Shown: piece by piece, positions 11,361 to 26,309 of the stretch
How the letters are laid out: every line of letters starts with the position of its first letter
Numbering within the stretch: the stretch's first letter is position 1
Source of the DNA: Bugula neritina
Taxonomy: Eukaryota; Animalia; Bryozoa
Length of the DNA: 64,000 bases
Reading direction: 5' to 3'
NCBI GenBank assembly: GCA_964035545.1
Contig: OZ037767.1
Span: 2,739,680-2,803,679 of the forward strand
The notes under the pieces: generated by a model
Told to the model about the DNA's origin: nothing
Database searches by the model: none
The model's input: the letters and a program-made list of their open reading frames with translations, nothing else
Made by a program: the position numbers and the translations under genes

Positions 11361-13086
11361 CTAAAACATACAGTTCAATTTTAGTCTAATTAATATATTT
11401 AATTCATGCATTGACATCTGCTTTATTTTTCATTACCATATAAATATAATTAACAAATACCGTAGCAGATAACTTATCACTTATACTATTAGTAATACTA
11501 TACTAAACAATTATCATATTTCCAGAGATAACAAAAAGAATAACTTAGAGTTAGTGACTCAGACTACTGATGATAAAAATATAGTCCAATTGAATTTATT
11601 TTATTCCAGCGGCCCAGCCTGTTTAAGTACTATAACGACCAATAACAATATTAATAGACAATATGAATATTATAGTTTTATTTTTTGGCTTTTAGTTTAA
11701 GGGGTTAAAAAGTTGTTAAGATTATTCTTTATATTTTTATTTTACTTTATAATTATTCATGCAGTGATCCAATAGTTCATGTTGCCACATTTTGGCTGAA
11801 CTTCAACTTGTACTCATGTTCATGTTAATGTAGTTCTACTACTACTGCTGCTACTAGTACTAGTACTCAACTAGTAGTAGTACTACTAGTACTAGTTGTA
11901 CTACTACTAGTACTAGTAATAGTACTAGTACTACTTCAACTTGTAGCACTAGCTGTACTAGTACTACTAGTTGTAGTCAAGTGTAAACACAACAAGTTAA
12001 TATTCATACTTTTAAACAGATACCTGTTCAAATTTTACGATTATATATTTGAGCTAAAAATGATATATTTACGTGAATACGATTATTTGATATTGGTTAT
12101 ATTGGTATATACAAACAATAATAAGTATAATATCATTTTGATTTTAATAATCTATCCAAAATGCTTCTATTTCAAAAACTTTGTAGAAAAGAAAATAATG
12201 GAGCAGTTGTAATAGCGTTTTATAAAGGTAGATAACTCCCATAAAATTACGGTGAGCTTTGTTACATTTTAGCAATTTAACAATAATCACAATTTTGGGG
12301 TTGCTTTTTTATATTGGATTCACTATTTTATATAGATGGAACACACAGCTAAGCGTCGCCCAATTACCACTCTTCAAGTAATTGGGTGACATAACTTTCT
12401 TACCTCTCCGAAAAAGCAGTAAGGTGTATTGCATTGAATTTTTGTTACTGTTTTGTGTCCTAAGCTTAACTCTTTAGATTGGTTGGTATGATGAATGCAT
12501 GTAAACTCTGAGTTTGATTGTATGTTTTGTGAGTTGAATTTCAACTCAGCAGAAATCAGCACCACAGGTTTGAAGTAGTCTATAGTAAGCAAAGTACTGT
12601 GCCTGGCTAATTTGATTAGCTTAGCAACAGTTACAAAAAAAATTAAATTACCTGAAAGCTATAACAAAGTAATTACAATAATATAAACCATGTACATATA
12701 TGCATACTGTAAATAGTGCTATTATATATAATACTATAAACATATAATATAATATTACAGATATTATATATAATAATATATAACATGTAATACTATAAAA
12801 TGCTACTATATACAAATCTTTTCAGCATCTGTAAATCTGCCACTAAAAACAGATGAAGTGATTTAAATTGGATTTAGTTTGAATAAACATTTTGCAATGT
12901 TAGTAATTTAACAGTTATACATTATTGTATCAAATTTATTTTAAAAACTTTTAACATTTATTGCAAGAAATATGCAACTTTACATGTGTAGGATTGACAA
13001 TATAGGACATTGCATTGTGTTATGTGTTGTGTTGTCTTGGTGTATGACATAACTTCTAACGCAATGATAGGTTGTATTTTGGAATC

Positions 13087-16000
13087 ATGACGTTCAAATT
13101 CTTTTACCTTTCACTATATTTTATGTTGTATAATGATCTATTTTCAGCAAACGACTTCTGTAAAGATGAAAATGTTCATGGTAAGATCATTTCATACCAT
13201 TGGGTATTTTAATATTGAAAAACGGGTTTTATTGCAAAAGAAGAGCTCAAACTTCAGTTTGCTATAGATTGCTGCAGTTTCAGTTCGCCACATGTACTAA
13301 TGATTCTACAAATGTACAATATGCTACTACTACAATATGATTTATAACAAACATTCATTTTTAGTACGTGTATCTATTTATACAATATTATATAATTATA
13401 ATTTGCACAAGTAGGGAAGCAGAAATAGCTAGATGCAACACAAAGTTTGAGGTCACTAAGTGCAGTGTTTGTATACCCATTATATTGTTCGCACTGAAAC
13501 TCGAAAAATCTAAACAATTTACTTAGTGACCCTAAACTTTGTGCTGCATCAAGCATTTTCTAAGAAAGCAGCTGTATTTCAGTAACAAAAAATTGCAGCA
13601 TAGCTATTAACTGGTGCTGAAGAGAGCATTTAAATATAACTGCACCATATTTAAAAGCTGCAGCACGCTGGTATATGGTTTGAGGCAAAGTCAATACAAT
13701 CATCTTAAACCATTCTAAACAATTAGGGTTTTGAGAAACAGCATTAGTTATATAATATGCAGTAAAACTAGTGTATTCCATCAACTGAATATTCAAACAA
13801 AAGACAATTTATTCTAAACAATTATGCTGCAATTGTTATTTTCCCTGCAAAAGCAAACATTTGAGTATATTGTATAAGTTATATATAGATGCAATAACAT
13901 ACTTATATACATATTATACACATCTAATATATTTATAAGTATAATAGATGCAATGAAACTATATTTTTTTTGCATTGATAACCAATTTTATTTTGTAATC
14001 ATAGCTTTTAAACAGCAATTTTTTTGCAGTGTAAAAAAACTTTTATCTTACTAAACTTAGGCACAATTTAAAAACAATTGACACCAGAGTTACAATAATT
14101 AACTTAAATACCAATAATATATTTACCTGTTGTAATAAAATGATGTACTAATAAAATAAAACTTATTTTAATAAAATATATCGGTAAGGAGGATAGGTCA
14201 ATGTTTATCACAAATTTGTGTTGCCATTAGTTTGCCCGACTGGAATAGATGCCATAGGTTGCTTCAGTGGGTGTGACTGCGACAGTCACGTGTTAAAGTG
14301 TGCAGATGGTTACCCAGTGTGTCTCAATACCCTCCTCATTGGCTCCCAATACACCGGGCCAAAGGTCACTAACATCTCCGCCCAGGCGAGTAAAGCTCTA
14401 TCTAGCTGTACTTTAGCTATATAGTTGCTATAATGTAGTTATTTAACTAGGTTATATGAATATATAGATCTATAGTTATTTAGCTATAGCATTCTTTTAT
14501 CTATGTGTTTTGGGCTTTTTTATTTTTTTTCTTGTGTATATTCTCTCTAAAGTATATTATCTTCAGTATAAAGTTTTTCCTTTACAGTTTGTTAGCCACA
14601 TAATATGACTATACAGCTATATAAATGTTTAATATGTTATGTTTTAGACTTTAGAGGCAACCTGCTTGTACGAAGTCTATGAAGTGGTTATTCAAGATTT
14701 TGATAAACTGGTGTGGATTGAGCCTGGAGTTTTTGAGCCCATTTCTGGACAGTTGCAGGAAATTAACATAAGGAATAATAGCATTTTAAAAACGATTGAT
14801 AGAAATGTGTTTATAGGTATAATTAACCTAAAATAATTATTTGACTGTAATTATGAAATTATCCTTAGAATATAAACAAAAACTTATTACCTCTGTAAGG
14901 TTGTAAGATTGTTTAACATAAATTTCACGTTGTATTAGCTGACAATGGCACTTGTGTTACATTCTACAGCAGCAAATAATATTAGTTTTTGACCAATAGC
15001 AATATCTGCATCAAATCTTTGCATATTTTGTAGGTATCTTCCCGCATTTGAAAGCCGTAGTGATTGAGAGCAATTCACAGCTATCAGACATTTCCTTCCT
15101 TGTAGACACAGACATAGATGGAATAACTGAGCTACTGCTAGCTAACAACAACATTAGGTAAGAATATGTTAGCTTATAGGAATGACCGATCAGAAGGACT
15201 TTGTGTTATATTCTTTAAAATTCAGGCAGTTTTTAAATTATCTATTACTGAATTGTGATAACGATAATTTGCAGTTTTTTTATTTGACATAACCAAATGT
15301 GGCCGTGCTTTTCAATTTATAAATAGTAATCTTGATCAAAGATCAAATACATTATTCTCCATTTCTTTTGCTGATTTAAATACATTGACATTGCTACTCA
15401 GTTATACCATTTTTGAATTCAATTTTGATCATGAATTAAGTATTATACAACACTGAGCAATGTTTATATTATAACTGACGTCAACTAGTATATAGTACGT
15501 TGTGTTACAGTTTTCTGCCTTGTGGACTCTTTAACAGACTTCTGTCATTAAAGCAGATTGACCTGCAAGGAAATAGAATTAAAGTGATTGACCAGTGCAT
15601 TATGGGATCTGTATTCCTTTTCAACGGTGTTATTAATATGAATCTAGAGGATAATCCTCTTAGCTGCAACTGTTCTATATTCCGTAAGTCTTTGTTTTAG
15701 ATTTCATGAAAAATTGTCCTACATTTCAAAATGGCTACTTTATACTTTATAAGTATTTGCTCTTTATTTCATATAAGTATGCTCGCATGTCTTAATCCGT
15801 CTAATAAATGAACATGCAGCTTTAGCTTTTATCATATGAATTTGAATGTTATATTTACATATTCAGTGAATTAATATTTGTATATTCTAATAATCGTTAG
15901 AAGAAAATTAGAAAAGATCTAAAGCTAAGCTCAAAAAATCTAGTTTTATTGAATTATATTTTTTTATCAGTTTTATCCATGTTTGTGTAAATCTTATATG

Positions 16001-18589
16001 TTTCAGCATTTAAAAATTCCAGGTGCAGTTTTGCATAAAAAGCATTACTTAGCTTCATGTTACTACAATTTCTATACATACCATGATGCATATAATAACA
16101 CTAATATAGTTAGCTTCAATTCATCTCCGAAAAGTTAGTGCTTGAGATGAGTAATTAAGATTAATAAATGTATGGTACTTTTTAGCCATAGCACCTTACA
16201 TAGACACACCTGCAAGCACCATGTGCGGTCCGCCAATACAGAATATGCGATTTCAGTTAGCGATGGCTATCTTAGCTAACAGCTCTTTAGCAGATGGAGT
16301 CGAAAGCTGCCCACAAGAACCATCAGCTGCTATTGAGAAAGCAAAGAACTTCTCTAGATGTCCATGTGACCTAAATGTATTCAAAGGTAGGTCATATTAC
16401 ACAGCCCAGTACACTCACTGTCATAGCCTGACACTCACTGCCATTCACTGATAAAACCTGATACTAGCTGACACAACCTGACACTTAATAGCACTCACTG
16501 ACACTAACTGTCACAGCCTGACACCCAATGACACTCACTGACAAAACCTGACACAACCTGATACTAACTGCCATAGCCTGACATCTATTCACACAGTTTG
16601 AAACTCACTGGCACCGAAATATGTGATTCTTTAGAACTTTTATAAGAAATAATTACAAATAGTAAAGCGCTGTGTAAGTTATTATTGAAATTGAAAGCAA
16701 ACTTCAAATCAACTCTAAGAAATATTATTAGCGCATAAATTATTTTATACTAACATTATACATCAATCGTTTCAGAGAAATGTGAACCAGATTGCGTATT
16801 TTACAAAAATCGTCCGATGTGTAAAACCAATACTGACTTGGGATGGAAGGGGAAATTTGAGGGTTGCATTTGCAACACCCTTCTCTGGGGTCTTAAGCTA
16901 AAATTTGATGTAGATTGGGAAGAAAAATACTGCATAGAGAGAGGTATACATATCCTATCTGTTCTACATATTGCGTAATGTCTTTACTCCGGCAGATATA
17001 GGGGGACAGTAATACTGACATGTCTAGAAATTGCAACAGACTGAAAGTTAAAAAGCTATAGTGCTAAACGCTGAACACTAAATATAATAATTATAAATAA
17101 ACAGTAATTTGGTCAATTCATATGGTTTAAAATTATAATTTCTGAGTAGTTTATTTTTGGTATTCATCATGTTTACCAGCTACACATCATTTCATTGTTC
17201 TGTATCATGCTATTTATTACACTTTGTTTTATATAATATTTATATTGTTTATATTGAATTATTTTTATATATATATAATAGACATATTGGAATTTAAAGG
17301 TGCCTTAATTAATCACATGGAAACGATGTCTGGACAAATCTGGTTGTCTATCACGGGATTCGTCATTCTCCTGCTTGTAATTCCTATGGCCGTCAACGCA
17401 CTGAGATGGCATCGAGAGAAGAAGAAGGAAGAAGACGATGACGATCTTGAAAGTGAAAACGAGGAATTTGTAGAGTTTCTTTTGGTTTGTAATTATGCCT
17501 AATGTTAGTTAGAGTTGTCTTCTCAGCTGTTAAACTTGATGTTGGAGAAAAAGAAATTTCTAGTATGCAGTTGTAGTTCTTGTAATTAGACTTAGACATT
17601 GTTGGCTGGAATAGGTTGCAGCATTAAGTGACAAATTTGTTAATATTAGTTACTGTGGGACTTTGTAAGAGCCCTTTCTAACAACATATAAAGTTGAAGG
17701 TTTCTTGGCGTTGATAGTTAAAGCTAATCTAAATGTATGTAGTTTGCACATGGTTAGATGTAAAAAGTTGTCCTCTCCTAAATTCAGGTTGACATGGCAA
17801 TTAAAATTTACTTTTTTTCAACTTAGAAGTTACTATAATCATTTTAGTAATAAACTTGGTGCATTTTTTCAGTATGGAGGAGACTCACAATGGTCCAAAC
17901 GACCAACAATAACATCAGAAACTGCAACTGACGACAGCAAAGCTAAACCAATTACGAGGGAGCAGATGCATCATAGAACACAGTTAAAGTCAAAGAAAAA
18001 GAAAATACCTAAAAAGAAACATCGTGAATTAGCTAAAAGCAGTAGAGAAAATGTCAGAAATCCTAATAACCAAAATTCCAATAGAGATGAAGAGCTAGAT
18101 ATAAGAAGCTCGTTTGAGCAGCTTGTAGTTCCCGTTTTATCGGATGAGTTACACTCAAGAAACTCGTTGGAGGAGCCTTTGGATCTGAATGTAGGTCAAA
18201 GGAACATGACCGAAAGTCCCGTTTTATCGAATGATTTAATAATGGACGTTCCGACATTTAGCGATACAGGTCAGATATATATCAAAGATTCACTCGAAGA
18301 TCAGATGCGACCTGTCACAATCCTCAATGACCTCAAAAATAAGAAACTTTTTGAGAATGAAGACCAGGAAATGGATGGTGAAAATTCTAATGACGACATG
18401 CTAAGTGGCCCTGGAGTGGGCCAAGCTTCTTCGCCTGCGTCAGCCTTGTCTATCGGAATGCTAGAGTTTGAGAGTGCTGCCGAGGTAATTGACTCTGGCA
18501 GCGATTCTAGGAGAGGTCTGAGCGACTCATTTGTTTCAATTGATGAGGAGTTGTATGCCCACTCTGTGCTTCATACGTCTGCAGATTAA
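13087..18589 (+). CDS. Single-pass leucine-rich-repeat membrane protein (signal peptide, LRRNT-LRR-LRRCT, Cys-rich stalk, TM, long acidic tail)
   Basis: Exons 13087-13180, 14231-14385, 14648-14816, 15034-15157, 15511-15683, 16186-16386, 16776-16943, 17282-17469, 17873-18589 in phase. LRRs LQEINIRNN, ITELLLANNNI, LKQIDLQGNRI; LRRCT NPLSCNC; TM IWLSITGFVILLLVIPMAV followed by basic residues. Confidence 0.8.
16405..16610. repeat. Degenerate intronic repeat (CTGACAC/CACTCACTG units)
   Basis: Roughly 10-bp periodic sequence downstream of an LRR-gene donor site. Confidence 0.7.
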
Positions 18590-19367
18590 TTGTCTGCTGC
18601 AGAAAACAGATTTTACTAACTTCTTTACTTGTTGTAACTATACATCTAAAGCTTTTGAAATGTTATACACTGTATGAGATCTGGAAATATATTATTATGA
18701 ATGACATTAGTTGATCCTGACAGTACCATACTCTGATATAAACTAGTATTACATAACTATATTAATGACTAATGTGAATTATTGTAGTGCTATGTTGTTC
18801 AACTACAAGCAACAGTTGCTAATATTGAAATTTATTTATTGATTGATTTTGACTTAGAGTGATATGACTGCAACCAACACTATGTACACGCAGTATAACT
18901 GTAAGTATTGCTCAAGCATCAGCTAGTTCAAATATATACAGACCTAACACAGCAGTATGTAAAGGAAATAACACAATCATATACCATAAAATAAAAACAC
19001 TAAAATACTGTTTTGTTGTTACACTGTCAAGGTGTGCGCTAGCACCAAAAAAAGTGTATGATTTAGCAGCCTATTTGTAAAGTAATAACTTGAAATATAA
19101 AACAGTGACAAAAGGCTCCCAATACACACATTATGATGAAATTGATATTTTACAGGAGTTGTCTTCTTAGAATACAACTCTTACTAAAAGCTTGTAGTTA
19201 TTGAGATTACATAATATCTGGCAAATACTAAAAAGTGCCTCCCTTTTTGAAAGCTGCACAGCAAATGGAAAGTTACATGCACATTATATTTTGTCAAATG
19301 AAACATTGTTAACAGCAAAACGAAAGTTTTAAAACCAGAAAAGTAAGCTGCCTTCCAGAATGTGCCA

Positions 19368-22300
19368 TCAGCTGATGATGCAACTTTTTTTACTGGATTG
19401 TGAAAACTCCTGAGGATTGAGGATCTGTTTCCTAGCCTTGTCAGGCGGCGCCTTGAGGGTGGCGTAGAGGAAGTTCCTCATTCTAGTCTGAGTTTTGTGA
19501 GTGAGAGAGTAAGTCTTCAAGTCGGCCTTACACGAGGACGGGAGGGAAAGCCTCTCGATGCCGTAAGTAGGCACTCGAGTCACCAAGACCCGCATACTCA
19601 GTTCGTAGAGGGAAGGAACTTGACCACTCGTAGAACACAGCCTGTTCATGCCGTTGCGTTTCAGCACTACTCGAGAGAGTTCGGCAAAAGACTCGATTAC
19701 GTTGAAGTCGCAAAGTGTGGAGACTTCGAAGAAAGGCATCCCGTGTCGCTGTGAGTACAGCTCAGCCGTAAACTCGCTCACCTGCAGAAAATACAACTGC
19801 ATGATGATCTATAGAAAATATTATAATTACATGATAATCTATAGAAAATTTATCTATATAATGACCAACAGAAAATATACATATGTACATAAATTTGAAA
19901 GATACAGCTGCATGGCAATCTGAAGAAAATAAGGCTTTTACATGATAATCTGCAGCTAATATTATGGTGAGTGTATGGTGCTTCTACCCTGAGTTTCTAT
20001 GAATACTTTATGTCTAAGAATAGTTAATATAATAGTAAAGTTTATCCGTAGGACTTCCTTTCAAATACAGAAATAAAAAATATTTCCATTTCGAGTAGCT
20101 GGTTGAGAGTTTGGTTGAGGAATGACTGCTTACTCGGTGCAAGTGTGGGTAACTCCCTTAGCTAGATATATGAGAGAGATAACTCCCTTAGCTAGATATA
20201 TGAGAGAGATAACTCCCTTAGCTAGATATATGAGAGAGATAACCCCCTTAGCTAGATATATGAGAGAGATAACTCCCTTAGCTAGATATATGAGAGAGAT
20301 AACTCCCTTAGCTAGATATATGAGAGAGATAACTCCCTTAGCTAGATATATGAGAGAGATAACTCCCTTAGCTAGATATATGAGAGAGATAACTCCCTTA
20401 GCTAGATATATGAGAGAGATAACTCCCTTAGCTAGATATATGAGAGAGATAACCCCATTAGCTAGATATATGAGAGAGATAACTCCCTTAGCTAGATATA
20501 TGAGAGAGATAACTCCCTTAGCTAGATATAATGATTGACAAGAGATTGTATTGAAACAATTCACCAGGGGAATTTTTTACTGAAGACAATGTACTGTCTA
20601 ACAGGTGTACTAATCTCCAACATACTTCCATAAACTAAAACGAAAACTTATCTGTTTCTCTCTCTTTTCTTACTAATTATATTACTCTACGTTGTGAAAA
20701 TGCAAGATAATTTGGACGCCTCGCTTTCATTACATAAAACATCAACAGAGTTGGAATCATTTGTCTAGAAAAAGTGCAGCCAACATATTGCAGATGTGCA
20801 GGGTATGATCTGTGCAGGTTGAAAATATTTCTCATGTAATTATGCTGGGAAATGATGAGCATAGTGATGTAAACAATTATTCATGACCTTTGTATTAGAA
20901 ACTGGTATTCATGAATTCCTTACTCGCTGTATGCAATACTACCTACTCTGTCTACAACCTATCGGCTGTCAGCATATCTACATGTCAGTGGGTGTCAACA
21001 CCAGCTTGTCAGCACTTATTGAATACAATCGCTGCTAACAAATGACCTGTTTCGATATTGCACTCCCGAAATCAGTTTTTAAACAGTGATAAAAATTGAA
21101 GCACTTTTTAAGTAAGAACACACTTTAAGTGAGACTGCTGCCACAAAGTAAATCTAGTTAGTAAGTTATTAACTTACATACGGCAGCACAAAGAAGAAAA
21201 CTCTCTATAGCTAATTAACCTTGACACAGCTCACCAGATAAGGATGTGCAGAGTGTAGTGATTAGCTAGTTATACAGATAATTGGGTACTACAGGAGTAT
21301 AAACAAACCGCTCCAGTTACTACAACCACATGAGATTTGAGACACTGGCCACTATTCAACATACTACAAAGAAGGAATTCCACAAAACATTCCCTGAGCT
21401 ATGTTATGCAGGAAAGGGTTTGTGTATATACTACCTCATCACAAACCTACAACTGTTTACATTAGTAGCTAGGGAAGATGCTGTTAACTGCTATCCCTGA
21501 GGGAAAGTGTTATAATTGAAGAGTTGTTAAACTCAATTAGCGACTTTACGGCAGCAGCGCACTTCCGGCAGCAAGAGATGCTTGTAAAAAAACAATGATA
21601 AATTAACTTGACATTGTCATGTAACAGAGTGCACAGTATTTAGTATAATTGAGTTAGAGTTAGAGATAAACCCTGGACTCACTCACTCAATACTGCGGCA
21701 TTCACTGACAAAAGTATAACTATAATGAAACTCCAAAAAATATTTTTTTGACAAAAATTTCCTAGAATCTTCTTTTTTATTAATATTTTGGGACATCTCA
21801 GCTATATCCAGTGGAAAGATTTGTTGAAATCAATTGACACAGGTTTCTCAAATTCAATTTAAAGGTGATGCATTTTTACTAGCCGAGATACGCAGCCAAA
21901 ACCTCCTATCAGCAAGAAACATAGAAAACTTAATCAGCCAGTGGTGAATAAATTTAGTCAAATATTTTTGTGGCGGGTTTTGACCTTTAGGCTCGTGTTC
22001 TTTTTAGATAACTTTATATGCATAGAATCATTATACATAATTCATAATAAATTATTATTATTATTATTATTCCTACCTGTCGATTGTAAGCGAGGTGGAG
22101 ACGATTACCAACGAGTATTTTCGGAACACCTGGAGCATGCTCATTCACCTCATTCAGCCAGCGTTCAATTCCCTCGAAGCTCCACTTATTTGTGATGTCA
22201 TAAACCAACAGGATGCCCTGAACGCCTCGGGAGTAGGAGCGCAGAACGGTACAGAATCGACCTTGACCTATAAAATAAGACTATTCATAAAACTTAGCTG

Positions 22301-23075
22301 GGTAAGCTAAACGTAGTTTGAGCAGATAGACAAAAAAACTCGACCAGTCCCAGGGATGACTAGTTGACAGTGTGTTATTGTCACATTGATGTAGGATAGA
22401 AGATGGTAACAGATACACATTATTTTCACATGAATCAAGTCAACGTCTGCGCTAATCCACTATAACCAGACTACAAACTACATGCACTGAAAATCTCAAG
22501 TACAGTATGAAACTATCAAATCTGCACAAATGTTTTGCAAAGTAAACCTAATAAAGTACGCAAGATAATTATAAGTTAAGATTTAAGTTACAATTTAGAT
22601 ACGGATAAACAATGCTATGAATAGCCAAGATTGCTCTATACAAGTATTGTTTACATTATACTTTATATGTATAAAATAAATGTATGTAATGCCATTAGTG
22701 TGTATAATTTGTGTATCTAGTACCATTTATGTAATACATATTATAGTTTAACGTATTTTCATCCCAAACCAAACAGAAAAGGAAATGCTGATACACAAAA
22801 CTCTGGAAACGCATAGACAGACACACAGACAGACACACAGACAGACACACAGACAGACCTGAAGTGTCCCATAAATGTAGTTTAACTCTTCTCCCATCAA
22901 TAGTGATGATAGTAGCCTTGTAGTCTGTACCCTTAGACGAGTAAGGTGAGTGGGGGCTTTGAGAGCAGTCCACCAGACCCCCCAATATCTCTTCCTTACC
23001 AACGTCAGAATCACCGACTAACAGGAATTTAAGGCTATAGTCATACACCTTTTCCATATGACGCGGTTGTACCAT
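19368..23075 (-). CDS. RAB40: Rab40 GTPase with SOCS box
   Basis: Exons 23075-22859, 22267-22077, 19781-19368. [81 protein letters not shown] box [24 protein letters not shown]-terminal CIIS. Confidence 0.96.
20150..20530. repeat. 30-bp minisatellite (TAACTCCCTTAGCTAGATATATGAGAGAGA), about 12.5 copies
   Basis: Nearly perfect tandem array in RAB40 intron 2. Confidence 0.95.
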
Positions 23076-26000
23076 AATCCCCTATAACCTTACACAGCCA
23101 ATCATAATTCAGCCACTTCCAAATAACTCCGAGACGACTGGTGAGAGAAACTGACTGGTGAGAGAAACTGCGTCTACAAAGATATGATGTACTTACTCAA
23201 AAAAGTGTAGATACGAGACTTACTTACAAGTTAGACTTACAGCGACTACCACTCAACATTACCTGAACTCTAGTGTAGAAAGTGACTAAAGGCTTTACTT
23301 CTCCACACACACATACTATATGCGAATAGCTTAGTAACAAACAAGACGATTGGTCGATTCCTGATTTCACCAGGTAGTTGGGTGACGAAACAATCACCTC
23401 CAGAGTAAGACATTCACTTTACGGGATGTATATATGCTGGCATTAGTGTGTGAATATATTCAGGTATTCTACCTGCAGAATTGTCTCCATGAGTGAGACT
23501 TTTACAATGAGAAGAATGTGCTGTATGTTCACACAAGTAGTATTTGTGCTGGATATTTATAACCTGGGCTGCCTAGAAGTCAACACCCTATGAGTGGTAG
23601 ATCCTAAGTCTACAATTTGAGGGCATCTCTGGGAAATATTAAATTTATTTCATTCATCAGCTAAAAAGTGCAAGATTATTTTTACCAGCTCAGTGAGTGA
23701 ATTACTAACTCAAATGTGAAACAACAGACAGCATTACATTGACTGTCCTTCCTTAGAACTTACAAGGAGAAACAGACAAATGGGAACCAACCAATAGCTT
23801 ACTGATTGTTTACATTGGGGTATCAAGGAAAACTCTGTGGTGACATAGCATAGGCCATAGAGTGTGTGAGTCTCATGGTATGTCTAACACAGCAAGCAGC
23901 TTTGGATATAATCCTGCATCATTTCATAACAATAAACATATAAATATGGTAATCATATTAACAAGTATAATTACACAATAATGTTTCAAAAGTGTGGCTT
24001 CTAATATAATATCAATACATAACACAATACTGATACACACATTGGATTATAATCAGCATGTTTTGTTTGAAACACCACAATGAGTGTGACCAGAATGATA
24101 AGTCATCAAGAAATATAATACATTTATAAGTCTAATAGATTATCATTATAATAGTTGAGTCACGGTGACAGTGGTAGGCCATAGGTCACGGCCATATTTC
24201 ATAGCCCATAGGCATAACTCATCATTCAAATGCCAAATATAACTATCATTAGTCATTTTAAGTATCAGAATAAATATAAATAAAATTCTCAAAATGGTGG
24301 ATTAAAACAAAATTGATTGCCAAGTGATAATTGAGTAACAATACTAAACCCCAAACCCCAATAGAGTACTTTTAAAAAATAAATTGCAGCTGGTGAGACC
24401 AGGAGTTTTCTTATACTAAGTTTAACATTTACATTATGACTATCATTAACTATTAGGGCAAGTATAATCTTAACCTAACCTATTGGCCACTACATTTACA
24501 GTTAAACTTAATGTATACCATTTTTTGATTTTAGTTTCAAAATCAGTAATTATAATCAACCTTACTTTAACTGTAACTTACAAGTTTACTAAGAGTAAGG
24601 CTAAGAGCACGATTTAGACTAAAAGTAAGAGTTAGAGACTCACTCACACCAACAGTAATATCAATTGAGTGACACTGACTGTGAGTAATGTTTTTATTTC
24701 AAGATATGACACTGACAGTGACACCCATACTCATACTGATACTCATTTATAGTGATAGTGATGCTCATAGTCATACTCATAGTATCAGTCATAGACCATA
24801 GTGAGTATCATAGTCATAGTGATAGTCAAATTCAATGTCATACTCATACTGATACTCATACTGATACTGATAGCGATACTCATACTCATACTGATAGTGA
24901 TACTGGTAGCGCCAGTGGTAAAACTAAAAAGTAAAAATGCTTGTTCAGCTTCAAGTTCATGTTGATGTTGTGATAATCATTAATCATTTAATGATTATGA
25001 CTATGGTTGACAGTATAAATCACACAATAAATAATTTAATAATAGTAATTCAGCCAATACTTTGAGTTTACCTGTTAGTGTTAACATTAAATGTAAAATA
25101 ATGATGATAATCTTAATGGCTAATGATCATGATCATGATGAATTATTATTAAACCGTGATACTGATCTCATTCCGAATGTTACCTTCGTTATACTGTAAT
25201 AAATGAGCTCTTCTCAAAAGAAAACTGATTAGTATAATAAATATTTTTCAGCTTTAGCAGAGATCAGAGTTGTAAATTTATGAACATCTTTGTGTTTATA
25301 AAGAATAACTACATGACAATTTACGAAAAATGGGTTATTGAAAACGATCCAAACATTATTATTTTTACTACACTTCCGTTTGCGCGATAATTGAATTCCT
25401 AACCCAAAGTGAGTGAGTGCCACACTGATACTAGATGGGAAAATTAATAATTTACCAAATGTAAACAATTATATCTAAATCTGCTCAAACTACAAGAATA
25501 AATTTTAAGGTAATTTATTTGAGTAGCATTGTGTTATTGGCAAATTAAGTCAATTCAGTTCAAAAGCCAAGCCCAATGCCGAATACTGAAAGTGAAAGTG
25601 AATACTATAAGTATAACTATAACTATAAGTATTAGTATAAGTATAACTTATAACTATAACTATAAGTATAACTATAAGTATAAGTATAAGACTATAAGTA
25701 TAACTGTATAAGTATAACTATAACTGTATAAGTATAACTATAACTGTATAAGTATTATACTTAGTATCAGTATTACTGTTAGACTTAGAATTAGTGTTTT
25801 ATTTACTATAAGTATAATTATAAGTGTAAGTCTATAACATTAACTAAACGTAAATGACGAAGTCTAACTCTAAGACTAAAACTATTACTAAGAGAAAGTT
25901 ATTTAACTTTAAGTTTAAGTATACCTTAAACTATAAGATAAGCTTGAAAATTAGTATTACCGTTACGTATTGGTATAATTTAAATTATATTATATATTAA

Positions 26001-26309
26001 TATATTTAATTTTTATTTTAAATTCATTATCAATAACAATTATGATAATCTTAATCATCATCATAGTGACTATACGTATAAATTTAATAAGTATAATAAT
26101 ATAATTATAATTATAATCTTAATTATACCAATACTATAGTTATACTCTACTCTATATTGTAATCCTTAGTCTTAGCTTAGCTAATTTTTATTGTTTTTAG
26201 TAATGTTATATAAAATTTGAATTGCTAAATAGTTCGATATAATTTTCGATTCAATTAAAATAAAAATATACTTTAAAAGCAGTGTCTCTTAACTTTTTAC
26301 AGCTGAAAA

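Noticed and set aside
19497-19923. Plus-strand ORFs over RAB40 exon 3
   Set aside because: Antisense shadows of a GC-richer coding exon with no recognisable motifs.
20122-20564. ORFs with repeating [10 protein letters not shown] / [10 protein letters not shown]
   Set aside because: Translation of an intronic 30-bp minisatellite. Not CRISPR either, as there are no unique spacers and the context is eukaryotic.
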